From contig JAANOX010000267.1 of the NCBI GenBank assembly GCA_020184695.1, positions 62,001 to 126,000 on the forward strand: a DNA stretch of 64,000 bases, read 5' to 3'. Under the pieces are notes generated by a model. The model did no database searches. It had not been told where the DNA came from and saw only the letters and a list, made by a program, of their open reading frames with translations. The position numbers and the translations under genes are program-made. This DNA is from Histomonas meleagridis 2922-C6/04-290x (Eukaryota; Protista; Parabasalia). Shown piece by piece: positions 33,576 to 43,900 of this stretch. Numbering within the stretch: position 1 is the stretch's first letter; every line of letters begins with the position of its first letter.

Positions 33576-34634
33576 ATGAAAAAAAACAAAATTTCACAGA
33601 GAAATATAACAAGGTTGCTTCTACAGTCTTTAATAAGCCCAGATGCAGCACAATCGTTTGATACTTTTGTTTCAGGATATGCTGAAATATTTGATAATTT
33701 TTCTTTTCATTTAATGCAGAAAATTGATACTAATTCTCAAGCAAAAGTTGGGTTCTTAGATGATCCATATCGTTTTTATGCAACTTCAAGCAATGGACTT
33801 TCATTTTACTCTTTAAATGAAAATAATATCGAATGTTTTCAAAGTTTCAAAATTCCAAACAAGATTGAATTTATTTGCCAGCATCCGTCTAACCCATTTC
33901 TTTTTGCTTTATCTACTAAAAGCACTGTTCATGTATACAATTTCAAAACAGATACAAATGTAAAATTTTCATTTACCAACCAAATAACAGAAATTTCATG
34001 GCTTTCTGACACCAATACTCTTATATTAATCCGCGGAAATCGTGAAATCGATACAATAGACATCAATCAACAACTCCTAAACAAAGCAGTTTTAACCAAC
34101 AACGAGCATAAGGACGTCAACAATATTTTATTTTGTAGTCATCCCACTCGTCCATGTGTTGCCTCTATTATGAATTCCAAATTACAATTAATTGATTTCA
34201 GAGAATCACCAACAGTTCAAACCAAAATCATAAAAGGGGCACCGACATCCATTGCGTGGCTTCCAAATGATACCTTTGGATGCGCAATTGGCCATGACGA
34301 CGGAAATGTCGACTTATTTTCTTTCCAAAGTAATTCCGTTGTTATCACGCAAAATGTATCCGAAAATGCAATAAGCGGAATATCGTTTTGTGAAACGCGG
34401 AATAATGTCGCGTCGTTTACGTCCGACAACTTGATTTTGTTCTCAACACTTCCCGTTTGGGGCTTCGGAAAGTTTAGCGTGAGTAAAACATATCCAATGC
34501 ACACAAGTAATGTAACAAGCGCAAATTGGTTCCCGAGAAGCGATGGTAACCCGATGTTTATAAGCTGTGATATGGATAGTATGGTGCATATATTTGAGGT
34601 GCCAAATGAATACATTCCAATATATGGAACATGA
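33576..34634 (+). CDS. WD40-repeat protein
   Basis: Repeated W/F-ended blades, HP motifs, and HTSNVTSANW..SCDMDSMVHIF. Confidence 0.8.
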   Translation: MKKNKISQRNITRLLLQSLISPDAAQSFDTFVSGYAEIFDNFSFHLMQKIDTNSQAKVGFLDDPYRFYATSSNGLSFYSLNENNIECFQSFKIPNKIEFICQHPSNPFLFALSTKSTVHVYNFKTDTNVKFSFTNQITEISWLSDTNTLILIRGNREIDTIDINQQLLNKAVLTNNEHKDVNNILFCSHPTRPCVASIMNSKLQLIDFRESPTVQTKIIKGAPTSIAWLPNDTFGCAIGHDDGNVDLFSFQSNSVVITQNVSENAISGISFCETRNNVASFTSDNLILFSTLPVWGFGKFSVSKTYPMHTSNVTSANWFPRSDGNPMFISCDMDSMVHIFEVPNEYIPIYGT

Positions 34635-34694
34635 AATAATATAAATAAATATGAGTTGTATTTAAAACTTTGTAACTTGCAGAATTAAAATATT

Positions 34695-34880
34695 AATTTC
34701 TTTTCTTATACTACATGAAATCTAATTTTTTTCTTATACTTCAAGAAATTAAATTTCTTTTCTTATACTACATGAAATTTGATTTCTTTTCTTATACTAC
34801 ATGAAATTTAATTTTTTTCTTATACTACATGAAAATTGATTTCTTTACTTATACTACATGAAATTTAATTTCTTTTCTTT
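34695..34880. repeat. Tandem repeat of 28-29 nt, about 6 copies
   Basis: Unit is approximately AATTTCTTTTCTTATACTACATGAAATTT; lies between convergent genes. Confidence 0.9.
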
Positions 34881-34963
34881 CTTCTCCTAAATTTTATTTG
34901 AAAATGATAATTGTTAAGTAAAATTTATAAAATAAATACGAAGTACAAATTTGTACACTCATT

Positions 34964-36052
34964 TTATTCATTAGCCGAATTTGCTGTCGAATCCACAGCA
35001 TCTTTTTTATTTAGATCGAAATCTCTTACTTTCTGGAAGAAAGGATGCTTTAACGCCTCTTCAGCTGTTATTCTCACTTTATGATCCACAATTAACATTT
35101 TTTGAGCCAAATCTAAAGCATCACTATCTCTAGTAGTCTTTCTATTTGTTGGGATTAGGCTTTCAAAGTCTACACCTTGCATAAACGATAGTTTTGCTTT
35201 TTGTCTATTTGTTAACTTTACTCGATACTTATCGGCCCATTCAATTATTTGATTTCCGCCGATAACTTCTGCAACAGAATACAATTGATGTGCTTCATCG
35301 CCACCATCAAATATGTGTATGGTTTGGGTAATATATTCCAGTAGCATTACACCAACAGACCAAATGTCTACGGCATAATCGTAGTATTCATAATCTAGAA
35401 GAATTTCGGGACATTTATAATATCGTGTAGCAACACGTGAACTATAATTACGCATTGGATGATAAAACTCTGCTAGGCCCCAATCTCCAAGCTTTACTTG
35501 TTTAAGTGGATTTGAACATAAAACATTGAGAGGCTTTACATCTCGATGCATAATACCCAAGCTATGACTATGGAAAAGAGCTTGGAGAATGCGGTAAAAA
35601 TAAAAGCGTGCTTGTGTAAGTGTCATACTCATGAAAAGTTCTTTCCAATCCATATTTGGACAATATTCTGTGACCATGGATGGAATACCTTCATGTGGAT
35701 CAATAACTATATCATAGAGTTTTAAGATATTAGGCCCTTGTACTTCGCTGAGTATTTTAAGTTCGCGTCGAACACGATCTGGATTAACTGGTTTGAGAAT
35801 TTTGATGGCACAGACATTTTTTTCATCTTGTAAGGCTGTAAACACATCTGAGTAACGTCCAGACCCAATTGAGTTTATGAGTTTATAACGAGAAATATCA
35901 CCAAATTTTGGGTTCCAGTGAATATACTTCCAATGACTAGGGCCAAGATCAAGATTAACGTTGGTAAAGATCTTGGATATGTTTGGGTGATTTGGATTAA
36001 ACCTACCATTGATACATGCATTTGAAATATCAAATGGATCGGTTTCCTCCAT
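34964..36052 (-). CDS. Casein kinase II alpha-like (CMGC) kinase
   Basis: IGSGRYSDVF, IKILKPV, HRDVKP.N, DWGLAEFYHP and RVATRYYK.PE.L.DY..YDY..DIWS. The likely ATG is 36052. Confidence 0.93.
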   Translation of the reverse strand: MEETDPFDISNACINGRFNPNHPNISKIFTNVNLDLGPSHWKYIHWNPKFGDISRYKLINSIGSGRYSDVFTALQDEKNVCAIKILKPVNPDRVRRELKILSEVQGPNILKLYDIVIDPHEGIPSMVTEYCPNMDWKELFMSMTLTQARFYFYRILQALFHSHSLGIMHRDVKPLNVLCSNPLKQVKLGDWGLAEFYHPMRNYSSRVATRYYKCPEILLDYEYYDYAVDIWSVGVMLLEYITQTIHIFDGGDEAHQLYSVAEVIGGNQIIEWADKYRVKLTNRQKAKLSFMQGVDFESLIPTNRKTTRDSDALDLAQKMLIVDHKVRITAEEALKHPFFQKVRDFDLNKKDAVDSTANSANE

Positions 36053-36613
36053 CCGATTTATCGATAGAAAATAAACATAACAAAAATTGAACATACAAAG
36101 TTAATAAACGGTCGCAATAGTCACAACAAAAAAATATCAATTTGACATATTTGGTACAAATCTCTTTTTTAAGAATTCATCTATTTTTTTTAACAAGTAT
36201 ATTTAGAAATATGTTTGTTATTTCTTTTGTATTAATTCTTTCCTGTGTTTCAGAAATTTATCTCTTTTACCATATTGATCATTTCTTCTATATCCTCCAA
36301 CGAAAAGGTATTAAATTCAGTATCCTATAACAAAGAATAATGATATAAGTATTACATTTTTGTTTAATTTTTTTTTTAAATAAATTTTATGAATAGTTTT
36401 CTATTCGATTAATCTAAAAGTTCACTTGAATTGTTCTTATTTTATTTTAACTAAAAATGCATAATCAATTAATGTAACATTTTTTTGGTTAACAAATGAA
36501 CATCTTTCGCAAAGGAATGGAACAATTTTATGTGATGATATTTCTTGAAGTCTTTTAACTTTTATTTTAATATTTAATATTTAAATTCATTTTTTTTTTA
36601 TTGAAAATTAGTT

Positions 36614-37561
36614 TCATGTCACTATTAGAAACACTCCAACGAACATTATAATCGACAAAATCCAACTTGGCGCTCTTGTTGGAATGGCTATCGAATCATA
36701 AGTGAATGGATTTTCGATTTCTCTATAAGGTTGAATATCTTCATCAAGTTCTTCAACCTCAATCATGTACAAATGTTTTCTTCCTTCTTCATATGTCTCA
36801 ATGCAATCTTCACTACGTTGGCTGCAGTACACATCTTTTCTTGGACTTGTAACTTTAAACTTTGTTTCAGGCAAAAAAAGAAGTTCTGCTTCATCAACAA
36901 ATCTTGAAATCCATTGGATTATACGCGAGTTCTTAAATTTATGCTTAATTTTAAAAATGTAATCATTTTCTTGTGCAAATAAACTAATACATGCAAATAA
37001 TGAAAACGTTGTACTTGATATTCCTTGTGATATTATTGTGTCGCCTGCAATAAGTTTTGCATATTGCTCTTCATGTTCTGGAGTTTCATATCTACCACCA
37101 AGATATAATGTATCAGATTCATAGCCATTGTACTTAGGATTGATTTTTTGTATTCCACTATAAAGATATTCAAAATAACAATTATAATGTCCGGTTTCTC
37201 CTAATGATAATTGCTGTGTGAAATTTTCGCAAAAGTCATCATAGATTGTATAAATAAATACAGCTAGAATTTCATCTGCAGTAAGTTTATTATTGGGATC
37301 AACTAAATATGGTGTTTGATCTTTCTGCAAAAGATTCTTATAAAACTCATTTGTGCTTATATCATTGAATTTAGTTTGTAAATCTGCATGATTAACATTT
37401 GGCGTTGTGAGAATTTCATTTTTATAACATTCTGCTAACGACGGATATTTAATTGGAGTATATTTTGTAAGCTTATATTCATTTCCTTCTTCTTCCGGAT
37501 GGAACCTTCCTATAGGCACATGTATTTGTAGACTAAACCTAGCAAGTATCGCAAGTATCAT
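36614..37561 (-). CDS. ADP-ribosyltransferase-fold (R-S-E clade) surface protein
   Basis: Signal-like N-terminus; LT.DEILAVFIYT; LYLG at the position of the usual YRG; SSTT; SRF.DEAELLFLPETKFKV; hydrophobic C-terminus. Confidence 0.75.
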   Translation of the reverse strand: MILAILARFSLQIHVPIGRFHPEEEGNEYKLTKYTPIKYPSLAECYKNEILTTPNVNHADLQTKFNDISTNEFYKNLLQKDQTPYLVDPNNKLTADEILAVFIYTIYDDFCENFTQQLSLGETGHYNCYFEYLYSGIQKINPKYNGYESDTLYLGGRYETPEHEEQYAKLIAGDTIISQGISSTTFSLFACISLFAQENDYIFKIKHKFKNSRIIQWISRFVDEAELLFLPETKFKVTSPRKDVYCSQRSEDCIETYEEGRKHLYMIEVEELDEDIQPYREIENPFTYDSIAIPTRAPSWILSIIMFVGVFLIVT

Positions 37562-37719
37562 CTTAAGTCAAACGGTTTTGAATGTCATGGCATTTTTTTA
37601 ATGTTTACGAATCCTTTCAAAAAGTTAACATGATAATCACTTCATGAAGTGTAAAGCTAAGGGAAAATAAAAAAAAATGTTCATAAAGCTTTTATTCATT
37701 ATGTTATAACATAACATCA

Positions 37720-40497
37720 CTATCCCTGACTCTTATTTTGAAGTAGCTTCGCTGTTTCAGTATAACCATAATCAGATGCAATCATAAGTGCTGTTTTAAA
37801 TAAATGTAATAATTTCCAAAAATAGTTTTGTAATATGAAGTTATTAAAATAAACAATGTTTTTAACATTTATATCAATTCCTTCTTGTTCAAGTAGTAAT
37901 TTAACTATTTCTATTTTGTTATTTGAAGATGCTAAAATAAGTGCTGTATCTAATATTTGAAATAATTATCGAATGTTATTTTGAAATATTATATTATTAT
38001 AATAAACAATATATTAAAATAATAAATATCTTTGGCATTTATATCAATTCCTTTTTGTTCTAAGAGTAATTTAACTATTTCTAATTTACCATATTTAGAA
38101 GCCAACATAAGTGCTGCTTGAAGTATTTTAAATATTTTCCAAATATTATTTTGTAATATAGTATTAATAGAATAAATATTATTTTTGGCATTAATTTCAA
38201 TCCCTTCTTGTTCAAGAAGTAATTTAACTATTTCTGTGCAACAATGTTCAGATGCTTTGATAAGTGCTGTATTAAATAATCTTAATAATTTCCAAATAAC
38301 ATCTTAAAATATCCTGATATAATTGAAACAAATAGCTTTAGCATTGATATTAATTCCTTCTTGTTCAAGAAGTAGTTCAACTATTTCTGTGCAACAATGT
38401 TCAGATGCAATTATAAGTGCTGTATAAAATAATTTATATAATTTCCAAATATTATTCAGTAAAATAATGTTATTAAAATAAACATAAAATACGATAAATA
38501 AACGAAATTAGTATTAATATCAATTCCATTTTTGCTAAGAAGTAATTCAACTATTTTTACATTATTATTAAAAGCTGCATCTATAAGTGCTGTTTTAAAT
38601 AATTTGTATAATTTCCAAATATTATTTTAAAACATAAAATTATTACAATAAATATTAGACAAAACAAATAAATATCTTTAGCATTAACATTAATTCCTTC
38701 TTGTTCAAGAAGTAGTTCAACTATATCTACAAGATTATTTATAGAAGCCTTAATAAGCGCTGTTTGTATTATTCTAAATAACCACCAAATATTATAATAA
38801 AATTTCAAATAAAACAAAGAAATAATATTTTTAACATTAAGATCAATATCTTTTTGTGCAATTAGTAATTTGACAATATCATAACCATCTAATTGAGACA
38901 CCTTTATAAGTGCTGTTTCGAATATTCTTAACAATTTCCAAACATTATTTTGAAACAAAATATTATTAAAATAAATTTTAAATAAAACATATAAAAATCT
39001 TTCGCATTAATATTAATTCCCTCTTGTTTAAGAAGCAATTTAACTATTTTTGCTTTACCATTTAGAGATGCTAAAATAAGTGCTGTTTTAAATTTTTTAA
39101 AAAAAATTCAAATATTTTTAAATGATTTCAAGCCAAATTAATAAACATTAAATCAAACAAATAAATATCTTTAGCATTGATATCAATTTTTTCTTGTTTA
39201 AGAAGTAATTTGACAATTTCTATATAGCCTTTTTCAGATGCGTTTAAAAGCATTGCTTTAAATTTTCTTAAAAAAATTTAAATCTTATTTTAAAATATTA
39301 AATTATTTGAATAAAATTTCAATAAAATATTTAAACATTATTTTTTAAATCAATATACTTATGATTAATAAGGTAATTAAAAAGTTCTTCATTACCAGAA
39401 ACACCTGAAACCTCTAAAAAATTAATTGGTATTGAATTTTTTTCTTGGAAATATAAAAAAATAAATATGTTTCCTGTTATGATTGAGTTGATGATATTAG
39501 TCTCATTGATTTTCATTCCTTCTTCTTCCAAGAATGAAAGAAGATCATAATTATCATATAAAATACACTCTTTTCCTAATTCTTCTAAATTAATATTTTT
39601 ATTAATTTTGTTTTCATAAAAATAATGAAAAATATCATTTCGATGAAACATAATTGCTGTTTTATATGCATCTTCAAATGATGAATGATTTTGTTCACAC
39701 AAATGAATAATTTCTTCATTTCCACCTGCAATTGCATATTTACCTGTGTTTTCTACTTTTGCGCCATTCATAAGTAAATATTTAAAACATTTATCAGCAG
39801 AAAAAAATGCTGCATAGTCAATTAATGTAACATTTTTATCATTAACAAAGTCACATCTTTCATAAAGTGATGGTTGAATAATTTGATTAAAATCGAAATT
39901 TGTTTGTGATGATATTTCTTGAAGTTTTTCTATATCATCATTACGAATTATTTTTGTAATTTCATATGGATTATGTTCTTCTTTAATATATTTCTTATGA
40001 AGTTCAAAATCATTCTTTGATAATTCTTTATAATTATCAAAGATTTGAAATATATACCTATTATGTTTTAGTTTCATAAATTCTTCTTCAGACATTTGAT
40101 GCACTAAATATGGAATCTTTTTATTTTGAATAATTTTTGCATCAATTAATTCGTTTTCAATCATATTTTTAAGGAGATAATTTGATTCTTGACTTTTAAT
40201 TGATATTAGAAATTGAGTAAAAATATTTATAAAGTTGTTATTTGATTTTGTTTCTATCTTTTGTAAATATTTGATACATAATTTTCCAAACCCCATTGAT
40301 ATAAAATACGAATAAACAATTCGACAAATAATATAAAGAAAAGAATATGAAAATTCATGAGAAAAGTATTTAAATGAAAATTCAACTGATTGATCAATAT
40401 TATCCTCATTCAAATTAAAAATAATATTTTCTATTATTTGTAAGAATTTAAGGTTTTCATTATATTTTATCATTGCTTGACTTTGATTTCCTCCCAT
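37720..40497 (-). CDS. DUF3447-type ankyrin protein with ten 34-aa C-terminal ankyrin repeats interrupted by 36 spacers of 17 nt
   Basis: ORF 39331-40497 (MGGNQSQ..., TLIDYAAFFSADKCFKYL) continues into the repeats. Removing 36x17 = 612 nt leaves 2166 nt, which is 721 aa plus TAG with no internal stop. Confidence 0.8.
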
Positions 40498-40943
40498 TAA
40501 AAATAAAAAATTCGTTTCTCCACACGTACCAATACACTTTTTATTTCAGCGGTGAGACATAATTTTTTTTGATCTTTCCCAGTTATATCCCATAAAATTT
40601 TATGCTTTTAATACATATGGATTAAAAAAATTCAAGTAATCTATTACTCTTATACATCTTAGAACTTATTTTGGTGTTTCATAAAATCATTTCGGAATCA
40701 TGAAACCCATCCATAAAACAAATTTAAAACTAGAAAATATACCTTAAGTAGATTTCTTTTATGCAAAAAGTTCATTTATTTTTTGTTTTTATCATCTTAA
40801 CATTAGCAATTCCAAACTTCTTAATTTGATTAATAAAAGTGCAAGATCAAAATTTTTATCGTCTTTTAATTTAATGGCACATTTTATAACCGCCGCTTTT
40901 ATATACGTCAGAATTTAACTTTTGAACTAAATACAAGAAAAAA

Positions 40944-43900
40944 TTGTTGCAAAAGAAAGGATTCGTTTTTGGCGTTTTCATAGCGTTTTCACTTTTTACG
41001 TATCTACATGAAGCCAAGGCACCTCCGTGGTGCTATTCAACTAACATATTACGGAAACAAATAGATATTACTAAATCATTTTTTTCCATTGACAAAAATT
41101 TTCTTCAACTTTCCAATATAAATACAACTAAATCAGTAGGCTCTATATTGCCAACTCCAATAAAGAGTTATATTACAAGTATTTCAAAAGCATTGCAATT
41201 AAATTTTCTTTTTAGTGCATTAAAAAACGACAAATCTTACTATTTAACAACAGAAACAAAGCACATAAAAACTTTTTCACATACAGAAAGTTTATTCATT
41301 AAATCTGACAATGAATTTATCATTAGTAATTTTATATATTTCATTATTATTTTTATTTTCAAGCATTATTATCAAAGCAAGAATGCTTTATTCATATTTT
41401 TTATATTATTTTTTTCAACATCATTTTCATTAAAACCAAGAGATACTCTTACCATCCATAAACAAGACGACTTTACTAAAGAAAATGAAGGCACCATCAA
41501 GAAAGTCATTATCGATGGCGAAATCGACTCGATACCCGACAATGCCTTTAATGAATGGAAATCACTATCATATGTTCGCATTAATATCACAGGGACAACC
41601 ATTGGTAATTATGCGTTTTATCGATGTCTTAACTTAGAAACAGTTATCATTCAAGAGGGGGTTCAAAAAATTGGAATTTATTCATTTTATCGTTGCACCA
41701 AATTAACCAAAATTTCGATACCTAATTCAGTCATTTTTATAGGAAGTTATTCATTTTTCAAATGTATTTCTATAAAAAAGGTTATGATACCCAATTATTT
41801 TATTAAGATTAGTGATTATTCATTTTCATCATGTAAGAAATTAACCAAATTAACATTTGGTAATTCTAAAAATCAAATTCTGAATTCCTTAACAAATATA
41901 TTAACACAAATGAAAGAAAATGATAAAAACATTCAATCCATTGAAAGTTATTCATTTTATAAATGCATCGAATTAACTAATTTAGTTATACCACGAACGA
42001 TTCATTACATCGGTAACAATGCGTTTCAATATTGTACTAAATTACAAAGTATTATAATTGGACAAAACTTAAACTTAAATAATATACAAATTAACAAACC
42101 TTATTATATTAAATTATTATATAAAATTAACGAAGGAATAATTACTATTGGCGAAAAGTCATTTCATTCTTGTGTTAACTTAGAATATATTAATTTCGGC
42201 GAAAATGTTGAAATAATTGGCGATAATTCATTTTGTAATTGTACGAAATTATCAAAAATTTATATTCCTGATAATGTTGAAAGAGTTGGAAAGAATTCAT
42301 TTTCTTTATGTAAGAACTTAATGTTTGTAACTTATGGAAATAATATTCAAAATAAAGAATCAAAGAATATTATCGATAACAAAGCATTCGAATTCTGTGA
42401 GAATTTAAAAGAAGTGAAAATTAATGGAGATATTAAATCGATTGGTAATTCTGCGTTTTATAATTGTAATAAATTAACTGATATTAATATTCCTAATTCG
42501 ATTATAACAATTGGGAAATTTGCATTTTATAAATGTTATGAATTAGAAAATATTAAAATTGGTAATAACATTCGAGAAATTGGTGAATATACATTTTATG
42601 AATGTTATAAACTAAATAAAATCGAAATACCAAATTTAATCCAAAAGATTGAAAAATATTTATTTTATTATTGTTTAAATTTAAATGAAATTAAATTTGG
42701 AAATAACATTCAAATTATTGATGAATATTCATTTTATAATTGTATCAAATTAACAAATATTAAACTTCAAAATAATATTAATGTTATTAATAAAAAAGCA
42801 TTTTGTTCGTGTATAAGTTTAAAATCAATTGTTGTTGAAGATCATGAAAAATTAAAATTCTTTAATCGAAATAAGAAAAAAAATTTAATAAAAATTTATT
42901 ATAAAGCGTTTTATAATTGTAGTAATTTAGAAACAATTAATTTCGGTGAGAATGTTCGAGTGATTGGGAATTCATCATTTTCATTATGTATAAATTTAAA
43001 GACATTAAATATCCCAAATTCTGTTTTATATATTAATAATTCAGCATTTTCTAATTGTAATAATTTAGAAACAATTAACATTGGAGAGAATATAATAAAA
43101 ATTGGAAAATATTCATTTTTTAATTGTATTAAATTAAAAAACATTAAAATCCAATCAAATCGTATTATAAAAATTGGGAAATATTCATTTTCGAATTGTA
43201 GTTCATTAAATGAAATTAAAATTCCTAATTCTGTTTTATCCATTACAAAACATTTATTTTCTAATTGTTATAATTTACGTAACATTATTCTTAGTGAAAA
43301 CATTCAAAGTATTAATGATTATTCATTTTATCAATGTATTAAATTAGAAACTATTAAAATCCCTAATTCTGTTCTAACAATTGAATCATATTCATTTTAT
43401 TATTGTCTTTCGTTAACAAATATAATAATTGGTGAAAATGTTACTAACATTGGTTATTATTCATTTGGTTATTGTAATAATATTTTTAATGTTATTATAC
43501 CGAATTTAGTTCAAAGCATTCAAAACTTTGCATTTTTTAATTGTAGTAAATTAGAAACAATTAAAATCGGAGAAAATGTTACATCTATAGGTAATAATGT
43601 ATTTAATTATTGTACCAAATTACAAAAAATTATTATTCCTAATTCAGTTAAATCGATTGGAAATTTTGCGTTTTCTTCATGTTATTCTTTAAGTAATGTT
43701 ATCATTAATAATTCTGTAATACATATTGGTAGTTATACATTTTTTGATTGTATTAAATTAAATTTTATCCAATTATCAAATTCAATTACAACAATTAATG
43801 AATATTTGTTTTATAATTGTACGAATTTAATTAATATAAATTTATCAAATTCGATTTTATATATTAAAAGTTATTGTTTTGCTAATTGTATTAACTTAAA

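Noticed and set aside
34695-34880. CRISPR array
   Set aside because: The repeats are directly adjacent with no unique spacers, there are no cas genes, and the context is eukaryotic.
37798-39336. Treating each AT-rich block as one ordinary intron, as random decay, or as matched-codon ribosomal bypass
   Set aside because: The blocks have no consistent GT-AG ends. Single-block removal deletes the x-x-G residues. Random decay cannot give only 153/170-nt spacing with stop-free exons. Take-off and landing codons do not match as in T4 gene 60 or byps.
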